Below, in pieces: positions 1 through 8,253 of a stretch of DNA of 54,826 nucleotides (its first letter is position 1; every line of letters begins with the position of its first letter). Made by a program: the position numbers and the translations under genes. The stretch is taken from positions 1 through 54,826 of the forward strand of contig JAJFLJ010000092.1 of assembly GCA_021772755.1 (NCBI GenBank). The letters are read 5' to 3'. The notes below the pieces were generated by a model, which was not told where the DNA came from, made no database searches, and saw only the letters and a program-made list of their open reading frames with translations. Source of the stretch: Candidatus Sumerlaeota bacterium. Its GTDB lineage: Bacteria > Sumerlaeota > Sumerlaeia > SLMS01 > JAHLLQ01.

Positions 1-698
1 AGACCATCGAGGTCCGTGAGCCGAATCCAGCGGCCCGACGTATCGACGAGTCCTCTGCTGCGGAATCCCGCGAGGAGCTTGGTGACGAACTCGCGGCTCG
101 TGCCGATCAGGGCGGCCAGCTCGCGGTGGGAAAGCGGCAGCGAGAGCTTGCGGCCTGCCGGGGAGGCATCGACTCCGATCTGCTGGTCGAGCATGAGGAG
201 CGCCTTGGCGAGGCGGGGTTCTGCGGGGAGCATCATCATTTCCGCCAGACGCACCTGCAGCTTCTTCATGCGCAGGAAGGTCATCTTGCGGTAGGTGAAG
301 GCGACGTCGGGATAGCCGTCCAGGAACTTCTCGAATCTGGCGCGGCTGACCCGGCAAAGACAGGCGCCCTTGAGGGTGCGGCAGTGCTCGCCGAACGCCT
401 CGTCGTCGCCGGGTTCCGTGGAGCCGAACACGTCGCCCGGCCCGAGCAGCAGCACCGTGGCCTCGTTGCCGGCGGCATCGGTGTAGTTCAGCCGGACGAA
501 TCCCTTCTTCACGATGTAGATGCAGGCCTCCCCCGCTGCGGGGGGCGGCACGATCTTGTTGGCTCCGAGCTCCACCATCTCGAAGGAACTGTTGAGGTCC
601 TGCATTTCGTCGGCGCTCAGGCACGAGAAGAGGGGGCAATTCTTGAGGTGGAAGAGCTTGGCTTCGTCGATCGACTCGGGCGCTTTGGCGTTAGGCAT
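1..698 (-). CDS. Crp/Fnr-family cyclic-nucleotide-binding transcriptional regulator (C-terminal end runs off the window)
   Basis: Absent from the ORF track because it has no stop in the window. My reverse-strand translation from the ATG (complement of 696-698) gives MPNAKAPESIDEAKLFHLKNCPLFSCLSADEMQDL...GEACIYIVKKGFVRL...LLGPGDVFG (cNMP-binding barrel). This is followed by LSHRELAALIGTSREFVTKLLAGFRSRGLV (Crp-type HTH). The listed 126..725 + ORF is its antisense shadow. Confidence 0.8.
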   Translation of the reverse strand, partial: MPNAKAPESIDEAKLFHLKNCPLFSCLSADEMQDLNSSFEMVELGANKIVPPPAAGEACIYIVKKGFVRLNYTDAAGNEATVLLLGPGDVFGSTEPGDDEAFGEHCRTLKGACLCRVSRARFEKFLDGYPDVAFTYRKMTFLRMKKLQVRLAEMMMLPAEPRLAKALLMLDQQIGVDASPAGRKLSLPLSHRELAALIGTSREFVTKLLAGFRSRGLVDTSGRWIRLTDLDG

Positions 699-709
699 GG
701 GGCAGTCCC

Positions 710-731
710 CGTGAAGTGTGATTAGTTCACG
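710..731. promoter_or_regulatory. Inverted repeat CGTGAA-N10-TTCACG in the crp-like / DUF3179 divergent intergenic region (possible Crp-family operator)
   Basis: Read directly: cgtgaa (710-715) gtgtgattag ttcacg (726-731). It contains a TGTGA half-site, but the spacing does not fit the canonical TGTGA-N6-TCACA. Confidence 0.2.
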
Positions 732-794
732 ACGTGTCCGCTCCCGGGATGGCAGGCGAACGATACTTCATCGGCTGGACCGAAACAAGGACCG

Positions 795-1868
795 ATGACC
801 ACTCCCCCGCCCGCAACCGCCGTTCCATGGCACCGCCGAAACGTCAGCCCGTGGCTGGCGGTGGTAGCGGTTCTGGCCATTGGGGCGGCGGCGGGCGCCA
901 TTTACGTGAATCTGGAAGCGAAGCAGTCGATGGTGGCGGAGGTTTCGGGACCGTTCATGCCTCCCCATACAGCGCTGATTTCATTCGACCTGGACAGCTG
1001 CTCGATTCCCAGGGACCAGATTCTGCGGGGAGGGCCGGCGAAGGACGGGATTCCATCCATTACCGATCCCGCGATGATCCCGGCGAGGGAGGCGGGGTGG
1101 CTGGATGCGGAGGACCTGGTGGTGGGCGTTTCCCGAAACGGCGAAGCCCGTGCGTATCCGATTCGCATCCTGAACTGGCACGAGGCCGTAAACGACGCGG
1201 TCGGAGGCGTTCCCGTCGCGGTGACATACTGTCCGCTTTGCGACTCGGCGCTGGTCTTCGACCGGCGCGCCAACGGCGAAGTGCTGGAGTTCGGAATCAG
1301 CGGCCTGCTCTACAATTCCAACGTGCTGCTCTACGACCGGCGGGAGAATCCGGAGGAGGAGAGTCTCTGGAGCCAGGTGATGATGAAGGCGGTCTGCGGA
1401 CCGGCGACGGGGACGGAGCTGACGCTGCTGCCCGCGAGTCTGACGACGTGGGAGGCCTGGTCGCGGAAACATCCCGGGACGCTCGCGATGAGCGGTGAAA
1501 CGGGCCACGATCGGGACTACGGCACCAATCCGTACGCGGAGTACTTCAGCCACGACGGCTTGATGTTTCCCGTCGCCAGGGCCGCCCACGACGGTGCCCG
1601 CCCGAACAAGGAGCAGGTTCTCGTGCTGGTCGAAGGCGACGAGGCGAGGGCGCTTCTGTTCAGCCGCCTGGAACGAGGGCCGGTGACAGGCGGGGTCGGG
1701 GGACGGACGTTTACGGTGTCGGGGACGGAAGCCGGAACGGTGGAGATAACCGCTGCGGATGGAGGCGAGCCGCCGGGAACCGCCTGGATGTTCTGGTTCG
1801 TGTGGAAAGCGATGCACCCCGACGGTCTGGAGTTTGGGGCTGACAACGAGGATCGCCCGGAACCATGA
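795..1868 (+). CDS. DUF3179 domain-containing protein with N-terminal membrane anchor
   Basis: The 357-aa ORF has TM segment WLAVVAVLAIGAAAGAIYV. Motifs typical of DUF3179: YPIRILNWHEAVND, TYCPLCDSALVF, GISGLLYNSNVLLYDR. AAGGA lies just upstream of the ATG. Confidence 0.8.
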   Translation: MTTPPPATAVPWHRRNVSPWLAVVAVLAIGAAAGAIYVNLEAKQSMVAEVSGPFMPPHTALISFDLDSCSIPRDQILRGGPAKDGIPSITDPAMIPAREAGWLDAEDLVVGVSRNGEARAYPIRILNWHEAVNDAVGGVPVAVTYCPLCDSALVFDRRANGEVLEFGISGLLYNSNVLLYDRRENPEEESLWSQVMMKAVCGPATGTELTLLPASLTTWEAWSRKHPGTLAMSGETGHDRDYGTNPYAEYFSHDGLMFPVARAAHDGARPNKEQVLVLVEGDEARALLFSRLERGPVTGGVGGRTFTVSGTEAGTVEITAADGGEPPGTAWMFWFVWKAMHPDGLEFGADNEDRPEP

Positions 1869-1875
1869 CGCAGGC

Positions 1876-2577
1876 ATGATCTCGGTCGTGATTCCGACAA
1901 TAAACGAGGCGGAACGTCTGGGCCCGTGCCTGAAGAGCGTCGCCGCGTGCGACCGTCCGTCGGAGATCGTGGTGGCGGACGCGGGAAGCCGCGACGGCAC
2001 GGCCGGTATCGCACGGGCGCATGGCGCGCGCGTCGTCGAATGCCCCGTGCAGTCGCGCGCCGCGCAGATGAACGCGGCGGCGCGCGAGTGCGGCGGAGAC
2101 GCCCTGCTGTTTCTGCACGCGGACACGACTCTTCATGCCGATGCGCTGCGCAGCATCGACGAGGCGCTCGCGAACCGCGACGTCGCCGGCGGGGCGTTCG
2201 CCCGGCGGTACGACAAGCCCTCGCGGTTTCTTGCGGCAACGTGCCGGATGGCGGACTGGCGGTGCCGCCGGACGGGATGGTTTCTGGGGGATCAGGGAAT
2301 CTTCTGCCGGCGCGACGTGTTCGATGCCATCGGAGGCTTTCGCGAGGTGGCGCGGTTCGAGGACCTGGAGTTCTCGCGCGGGATGAAGCGACACGGGAGG
2401 ACGGTTCTGCTCGATGCGCCGGTTCTCACCTCGGCGCGGCGGTTCGAACGCGAAGGCGTCGTTCGCCGCACGGTGGGGGATTTTTTCCTGACGGTGCGCT
2501 ATCTTGCCGCCGGCCCGCAGGCGGCGGGCGGCGAAACCCCGGTTGCGGTTCGCAATGAATCGCAACCGAGTTCCTGA
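1876..2577 (+). CDS. Family 2 glycosyltransferase (resembles the TIGR04283-type small GT2 family)
   Basis: In-frame ATG at 1876 within ORF 1759..2577. MISVVIPTINEAERL...EIVVADAGSRDGT...LLFLHADTTL...GGAFARRYD...LGDQGIFCRRDVFDAIGGF...FEDLEFSRGM...LTSARRFE matches the GT-A fold DxD region and the conserved tail of this family. Confidence 0.75.
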   Translation: MISVVIPTINEAERLGPCLKSVAACDRPSEIVVADAGSRDGTAGIARAHGARVVECPVQSRAAQMNAAARECGGDALLFLHADTTLHADALRSIDEALANRDVAGGAFARRYDKPSRFLAATCRMADWRCRRTGWFLGDQGIFCRRDVFDAIGGFREVARFEDLEFSRGMKRHGRTVLLDAPVLTSARRFEREGVVRRTVGDFFLTVRYLAAGPQAAGGETPVAVRNESQPSS

Positions 2578-2596
2578 ACGCGCGGAAGCGCCGGCA

Positions 2597-5335
2597 TCAG
2601 AAGCGCGGGTCGGCTTCCTCTTCTTCGGTCACGCGCTGGATGTCCGACTCGGGACGCGGGGTGATGCGGGCGTCGCCATCGGCATCGACGAAAACGGGCG
2701 CGGAAACGGTGAGGGGAAACTGTCCGGCGCCGACGCCAAGGCTCGGGTTGCTCGGATAGAACGGGTTGACGGGGTCCATCGGCAGTTCCAGCGAGCCTTC
2801 CACCGTTACGTCGAGCACGGAGTCCTCCGTGACGCGAATGACGAGGCGTCCGTTTTCGGGCTTGTCGCTGGGGGGGAAGACCTTCCCCGCGTAGGGATCG
2901 ACGTGGGAGGGGTTGATCAGGATGCGGCGCACGAACTGCCCGTTGAGGTTCACGCTGATGGAGGTGATCTGGGACCAGTTGGCGGCGTACACGGAGATAT
3001 CGACTTCGACCTCGCCGTCGGTGTCGGTCACCATCGATCCCATCGGTTCGCCGTTCACCGCGACGTCGACGAAGGGCCCGTTGGTGACGATGACGTTGCG
3101 TTCCTTGATGTTGCGGGCGAGTTCCGCAGGGTCGATCTTCTGGGGATCGTCGGTGGAGGAGCGAATGTAGACGCGCGGGTAGCCGGGTTCCTCCAGCCAC
3201 GTGCCCCTGGTCGCGCTGGCGCCGAAGGCGGTGACGCGCAATCCGTCGTTCAGCATGCGGTGGTAGATCTCGTAGTCCTGGTCGAAGTTGCCCTGGCGCT
3301 TGCCTTCCCAGATGGAGAGAGCGTCGAAGTCCCTCGGCCAATCGCCGTCGGGAAGGTCGCTGCTTCCCATTCCAAGGCCGTTCAGCGTGAGAAACCCGGC
3401 GACAGGCCAGGCGGCGCGGGATGCGAGAATGGCGGCGTCGGGGCAAAGGTCGCGCATGGCGGCGAGGATTTCGCGGCTGGTGTTCGCCTGGCGCAGGGGG
3501 GCGGTGTCGGGAGTGTCGCCTGCGGAGCAGATGTCCAGGGGGAACACCATGAAGTCGCCCCTGAAGGGCGCCCTGCCCCCCGAGTGGCGGTAGCCGGGCG
3601 ATGTCCTGATCCAGCGCTCCAAACCCAGGTTCGCGACGCTGCCGGAGAGATCGGTGGCGGTACCGTAGTCGCCGGTGACGAGCCACTCGACGCCTTCGGC
3701 GACGGCGGAAACGACGCGCGAGGGCTCGTCGGTGCGGGACTGCGGCGATGCGCTGGTGCGCACGCCGACGTCGGCGGAAATCCAGCCCGGCGTCTCGAAG
3801 GCGCGTTCGATGGCGAAAAGCTGTTCGGTCTCGCTGATGTCGCGGATGACGACGCGTTCCTCGGTGGTGTGGTACTCCGGTCCGCGCGATGCGATGACGC
3901 GATAGGTGCCGGGGGGAAGTTCCACGGTTCCGGCGCCGTGGGAGGAGAAGACGACGTTGCCTGCGCGGACCTCGCCGGGGAATCCGAGTTCGACGCCCTG
4001 GGTGCCGCGAAGCGCCTCGATGGTGAGCTTGCCGGGCACCAGCTGGCCCGTCGCCGCATCGACGATGCGATAGACGAGGCGCGAGGAGGGGGAGGTTCCG
4101 AACTCGACGGCGGCGATCTTGCCGGCGGCAGCGGTGGCGGTGTTCGTCGGAATGGGCGCGAAACGCGAGCGCGGCGCCGGTACGGTGGTGTACTCGCCGA
4201 CGGGAAGCTGCGAGTTGAAGGAGCCGCTGCGCGTGGTCTGGGCGATGATGTAGGGCTTGTTGAGATAGAGTTCCTGCTGCTCGCGGGTCCAGTCGGGGCG
4301 CTTGATGGCGCTGATGAAGACGTCGGCGTTCACGACGGGGGACTTGTCGATGACGGATCCGTCGGGGGCCTGCTCGCGTTCGATCATGCGTCCGACGACG
4401 GTGCCGTAGGAATCGGGGGAGCGGGCCTGCATGACCTTGGAGAAGAGATAGGCGGCGTCGATGTCGGAAACGAGAATCCAGCGGCTGTAGAGACGGGTTT
4501 CGCCGGGCTGCATGTCCTGGGGGGCCGCGTACTGGAGACGCGAGAGGCTGCCGCTGTGGCCGATGTCGAACGTGCCGCCAAGAGGCGCGATCATCATCCA
4601 GACGTCGTGGTTTCGCGCGTAGATGAAGTCCGCGCCGTTCATGCGCTTCGTCCCGCTGGTCCAGCCGAGGCCGGGGACGAAGGGCTTCATGGAACCCCAG
4701 AGAACGAAGTCCGCGGGAACGATGCCCTTCGCGACTTCGTCGGAGGACGTGTTGACGATCGTCGTGGTCACCTGGGCGCCGGGCGTGTCCTTGCGCATGA
4801 CGTATTCGGTGCGAACGGTCAGGAAGGAGTAGCGAAGGTCCCGGCCCTCGACGACGACGGTGGCGGAGCCGTCCGCGTCGGTGCGGAAGTCGATCTTCTC
4901 GTTGATGACGGAAATCTGGACGCCCGTGGAGGTGACGGGGGCGAATATCTGAAAGCTCTCCGGGCTTCTTGCGTCGAGAGTCACGTCGACGATGTTGCCG
5001 GCGCGAAACGCCGCCGGGTTCGCCAGCGGGTTGGCTTCGGGGTCGATATGCCCGAAGAGGAGAAGGGAGAGGTCGTTCTCGAGCCGGATGTCGCGAAGAC
5101 CGGAAGTGACCCAGAAGTCCTCCGGCAGGGAGTCGAAGTCCGCCTGGCGAAGAGCGCGGGCGGGTGCGTAGTCGGGCTGCTCGACGGGATTGATGGTGAC
5201 GGGACGCCGCTCTTCGACGGGGTTGAGCTGGACGTTCTGGGCGTAGGCCGAGGCAACGGCGAGAATCGCCAGAAGGGCGGTCAGGGCGCGGCGTGAAGCA
5301 AAAGGGAGGAGCATGATTGACGGCATTCGGTCCAT
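2597..5335 (-). CDS. Secreted large protein with a carboxypeptidase-regulatory-like beta-sandwich and a CehA/McbA-like PHP-fold domain whose metal ligands appear substituted
   Basis: Signal peptide MPSIMLLPFASRRALTALLAILAVASAYAQ (candidate starts at 5335, 5326 and 5314). GTYRVIASRGPEYHT is the signature beta-sandwich that precedes PHP domains in this family. The expected DLHxHT..S.DG position reads SADVGVRTSASPQSR, and the expected SDSH position reads GASATRG. Confidence 0.55.
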   Translation of the reverse strand: MDRMPSIMLLPFASRRALTALLAILAVASAYAQNVQLNPVEERRPVTINPVEQPDYAPARALRQADFDSLPEDFWVTSGLRDIRLENDLSLLLFGHIDPEANPLANPAAFRAGNIVDVTLDARSPESFQIFAPVTSTGVQISVINEKIDFRTDADGSATVVVEGRDLRYSFLTVRTEYVMRKDTPGAQVTTTIVNTSSDEVAKGIVPADFVLWGSMKPFVPGLGWTSGTKRMNGADFIYARNHDVWMMIAPLGGTFDIGHSGSLSRLQYAAPQDMQPGETRLYSRWILVSDIDAAYLFSKVMQARSPDSYGTVVGRMIEREQAPDGSVIDKSPVVNADVFISAIKRPDWTREQQELYLNKPYIIAQTTRSGSFNSQLPVGEYTTVPAPRSRFAPIPTNTATAAAGKIAAVEFGTSPSSRLVYRIVDAATGQLVPGKLTIEALRGTQGVELGFPGEVRAGNVVFSSHGAGTVELPPGTYRVIASRGPEYHTTEERVVIRDISETEQLFAIERAFETPGWISADVGVRTSASPQSRTDEPSRVVSAVAEGVEWLVTGDYGTATDLSGSVANLGLERWIRTSPGYRHSGGRAPFRGDFMVFPLDICSAGDTPDTAPLRQANTSREILAAMRDLCPDAAILASRAAWPVAGFLTLNGLGMGSSDLPDGDWPRDFDALSIWEGKRQGNFDQDYEIYHRMLNDGLRVTAFGASATRGTWLEEPGYPRVYIRSSTDDPQKIDPAELARNIKERNVIVTNGPFVDVAVNGEPMGSMVTDTDGEVEVDISVYAANWSQITSISVNLNGQFVRRILINPSHVDPYAGKVFPPSDKPENGRLVIRVTEDSVLDVTVEGSLELPMDPVNPFYPSNPSLGVGAGQFPLTVSAPVFVDADGDARITPRPESDIQRVTEEEEADPRF

Positions 5336-5535
5336 GGGATGAGTGGTTGTGCCCTTTCGGGGACGGCGATGGTCTTTGCGCTGCGAACTCCATCCGTACC
5401 GGACCGGGTTTTTCCGGCAACGGTTTGGCGAAATCACGGTCTGGCATTGAGTTCGCCACCGCGGCTCGCAGAGCCTTGCGCGAGGGCCGGAATGCTGGAG
5501 AGACGACTTTGCCCGCCGCAACACGGATTCACCCC

Positions 5536-6231
5536 ATGACCACCCCCGGGAAGAACCCCGAAACCATCCGAGCGATGTTCGGCAGGATCGCGCCCGTCTA
5601 CGATCTGTCCAATCATCTGTTCAGCCTGAACATCGACAAGCTCTGGCGCCGATACGCGGTTCGTTCCGCGATGAGGCCGACGGACCGGGCGGTTCTGGAC
5701 GTGGCCTGCGGAACGGGGGACCTGACGCGGGAGCTGAAGCGCTCTGCCGAGACGGGCTGTCAAGTATATGGAGTTGACTTCTGCCTGCCGATGCTGGAGC
5801 TTGCCCGCCGCAAGCAGGCTCCCCCGGTGCTCCAAGGCGACGGACTGCGGCTGCCCTTTCCCGACGAAAGCTTCGACCTGGTGACCATCGGGTTCGGCCT
5901 CCGAAACATGGCGGACTACCGTGCGGGTCTGCGGGAGATGGCCAGGACGCTGCGGCCCGGGGGGCGGCTGGCGGTGCTGGACTTTACGACGCCCTCGAAC
6001 CCGCTCTTTAGAGCCATCTATCTTCTTTATTTTCAGCACATCCTGCCGCTGCTGGGGGATTTCATCAGTCGCTCGGGGGCGTACCGCTATCTCAGCCGCT
6101 CGGTCCTGGCGTGGCCGTCGCCCCGCGAACTGGCCCGGGATATGCGCGAAGCGGGGCTGGGGAATATCCGGTTTTCGGAGCTGAGCATGGGCATCGCGGT
6201 CCTCCACATCGGGGAGAAACCCTCGCCATGA
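5536..6231 (+). CDS. ubiE: Demethylmenaquinone/ubiquinone C-methyltransferase UbiE/MenG
   Basis: In-frame ATG at 5536. FGRIAPVYDLSNHLFSLNIDKLWRR, SAM motif VLDVACGTGDL, and ITIGFGLRN-type motif VTIGFGLRNM. Confidence 0.85.
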   Translation: MTTPGKNPETIRAMFGRIAPVYDLSNHLFSLNIDKLWRRYAVRSAMRPTDRAVLDVACGTGDLTRELKRSAETGCQVYGVDFCLPMLELARRKQAPPVLQGDGLRLPFPDESFDLVTIGFGLRNMADYRAGLREMARTLRPGGRLAVLDFTTPSNPLFRAIYLLYFQHILPLLGDFISRSGAYRYLSRSVLAWPSPRELARDMREAGLGNIRFSELSMGIAVLHIGEKPSP

Positions 6232-6866
6232 CCGAGCAGCGAATCGTCGTGGGGATTTCGGGCGCGTCGGGAACGGTCTATGGAACGCGGCTCGTGGAGA
6301 CGCTCGTCCGTCTCGGGTGGGAGGTGCATCTGCTGGTCAGCCAGAGCGCCTGGAAGGTGATGCAGGCGGAGCTGGGGATCGAGGGCGCGAGCCCGTCGAC
6401 GCCTCTGACGCGGTGGCTGAAGCTGACGGACGAGGAAGCGCGCGACCGGATTCGCACGTACAACGTTCGCGACATCGCGGCGCCCATGGCGTCGGGGACT
6501 TTCCGCGCGAAGGCGATGATCGTGATGCCGTGCTCGATGAAGACCGTCGCGGCGATGGCGCACGGGTACTCGGACAATCTGCTGACGCGATGCGCGGACT
6601 GTTTCCTGAAGGAGAAGCGGCCGCTGGTGGTGGTTCCGCGCGAGACCCCGCTCTCGTCGATTCACCTGCGGAATCTGGCGACGCTGGCGGACGCCGGTGC
6701 GCACGTCATTCCCGCCATGCCGGGGTTCTATCACAACCCCGCGACGATCGACGACCTGGTGGACTTCATGGTGATGAAGGTTCTCGAATCGCTGGACATT
6801 CCGCTGCGCCACGACATGGCGTGGAAGGGTCCGCAGCGGGCGGACGCGGGTCACTCGGCGGACTGA
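6228..6866 (+). CDS. ubiX: Flavin prenyltransferase UbiX
   Basis: The ATG at 6228 overlaps the ubiE stop (ATGA). RIVVGISGASGTVYG, MIVMPCSMKTVAAMAHGYSDNLLTR and RPLVVVPRETPL are characteristic of UbiX/Pad1. Confidence 0.9.
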   Translation: MTEQRIVVGISGASGTVYGTRLVETLVRLGWEVHLLVSQSAWKVMQAELGIEGASPSTPLTRWLKLTDEEARDRIRTYNVRDIAAPMASGTFRAKAMIVMPCSMKTVAAMAHGYSDNLLTRCADCFLKEKRPLVVVPRETPLSSIHLRNLATLADAGAHVIPAMPGFYHNPATIDDLVDFMVMKVLESLDIPLRHDMAWKGPQRADAGHSAD

Positions 6867-8149
6867 GCGGCCTTCGCGATGTCGGCCTCGATGATGAACT
6901 CGTTGAAGTGGGCGCGCCAGCGAAGTGCAACGGCCCGCCGGTTCCAGGGTTCGAATCCCATGTAGATGCGCTCCTCGGGGAGCACAGCGGCATTGAGTGC
7001 GCGGTCGATCTGCGTGAGCGCCAGGTCCCATGCCTCGCGGCGTTCCAGGGAGCGCGCGAGCCAGATGCGGGCGGCGGCGGTTTCGCCGGGCGCGTTCCGG
7101 CTGTGGCGGCTGACGAAGTCGTCGGCCAGCAGTTCGACGCTGTCCCAGTCGCCGGCGAAGGCAAAGGTCTTCAGATAGACCAGTTCGATGGACGCCAGCG
7201 TGCGGTAGTCGGTCTTCGCGGCGTTGTCCCAAGACTCGCGAAGCGTGGCGCGAACGGTCGGCCACGAGGGCTTGGGCGTCCCGCCGGACGCCGCGAGCTC
7301 GATTTCAAGAGCCGCCCGGCGCAGCAGGTCGCGGGAGCGACCCTCGCGGGTGCGGTGGGAATCGGCAAGCAGGGCGCGCGTCGATGCCCAGGCGGCATGC
7401 CAGTCGCGGCGGTGCTCCGCGAGAAGGTCGGCGGCGAGTTCGGAGCAGAAGAGGCGGTCTTCGTTGGTGGCCGCAGGCCATTCGCGGGACGCGACCTTCG
7501 CGGCGAGAAAAAGGGCGATATCGGGTTCGGTGTGGCCGGCGAGAAGATGGCGCGCGAACGCGGCGGCGGCGGGGCCCTTCTCCGTTTCGGGGGCGCCGGT
7601 CGTCAGGTCCGCCAACCGGGCAACGAGCTGGGTGTGGGCGGGATCGGGGGTCCGGTCCACGATGGTTTCGAGGACGGGGAGGACTTCATTCAGCCGCAGC
7701 GTCTTGCTGCCGTCCTTGTGGCGATCGACGTAGGGGGGAAGAAGCGGGCCTTCCATGCCCTCCTGGTCGGGCCGCTCGCGGCCCAGGGTCGCGACTTGCG
7801 CGTCGGCTATGCGCTGGAGACGAAGCTCTTCGGCGAGGAAGCGGGCGTCGGCACTGCTGTCGAGGTTCCCCACGAGGACGCGGGAGGCGTCGTCGGTCTT
7901 GTCGATGAAGACGGGCGACCAGCCCAGTTCGCGGAGCGATCCGGCGACGGCTTCGGCGAGAAGCGTGGAGGGGAAGGCCTCGACGACGACGGAGTAGCGG
8001 TCGGATTCGGCGGCGACGTCCGAGGTGACCCACTGCTCGGGGAGGGAGAGGGGCCGGGAGGCGTCCTGCGCGGGCGCGACGGCGGCAAGAGAGAGGGGCA
8101 GAATCAGGGCGAGAGCGGCTAGTCGCACGGGGAGGCGTCCTTTCGGCAT
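6851..8149 (-). CDS. Secreted hypothetical protein with an N-terminal SPOR-like domain and an all-helical C-terminal region
   Basis: Signal peptide MPKGRLPVRLAALALILPLSLAAVAPAQ. YSVVVEAFPSTLLAEAVAGSLRELGWSPVFIDKTDDASRVLVGNLDSSADARFLAEEL has the SPOR pattern. The 3' end overlaps ubiX by 16 nt (convergent). Confidence 0.6.
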   Translation of the reverse strand: MPKGRLPVRLAALALILPLSLAAVAPAQDASRPLSLPEQWVTSDVAAESDRYSVVVEAFPSTLLAEAVAGSLRELGWSPVFIDKTDDASRVLVGNLDSSADARFLAEELRLQRIADAQVATLGRERPDQEGMEGPLLPPYVDRHKDGSKTLRLNEVLPVLETIVDRTPDPAHTQLVARLADLTTGAPETEKGPAAAAFARHLLAGHTEPDIALFLAAKVASREWPAATNEDRLFCSELAADLLAEHRRDWHAAWASTRALLADSHRTREGRSRDLLRRAALEIELAASGGTPKPSWPTVRATLRESWDNAAKTDYRTLASIELVYLKTFAFAGDWDSVELLADDFVSRHSRNAPGETAAARIWLARSLERREAWDLALTQIDRALNAAVLPEERIYMGFEPWNRRAVALRWRAHFNEFIIEADIAKAAQSAE

Positions 8150-8253
8150 TGGCTCGGGAATCCTGGCCCGCGCACGGGCACCAGACCAAGTGCAATCATG
8201 GCTGGACCCGGGGTCGCCCGGTCCGCCAGGAAACGGGGCAGAGGAGACTTCGC

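Noticed and set aside
126-725. 199-aa plus-strand ORF at the window start
   Set aside because: It is antisense to the Crp-family gene, whose translation shows cNMP-binding and HTH motifs. The plus-frame product has no features.
5442-5456. Sigma-54-like element TGGCAT-N5-TCGC about 80 nt upstream of ubiE
   Set aside because: The -12 box is TCGC, not TTGC. A quinone-biosynthesis operon is not an expected RpoN target, and one or two such matches are plausible by chance in this much GC-rich sequence. I keep it only as a note.
2499-5459. 986-aa minus ORF and 930-aa plus ORF (2504..5296) overlapping the PHP-like gene
   Set aside because: Both are low-complexity shadow frames. Only the 2597..5524 frame yields a signal peptide and the RGPEY beta-sandwich signature.
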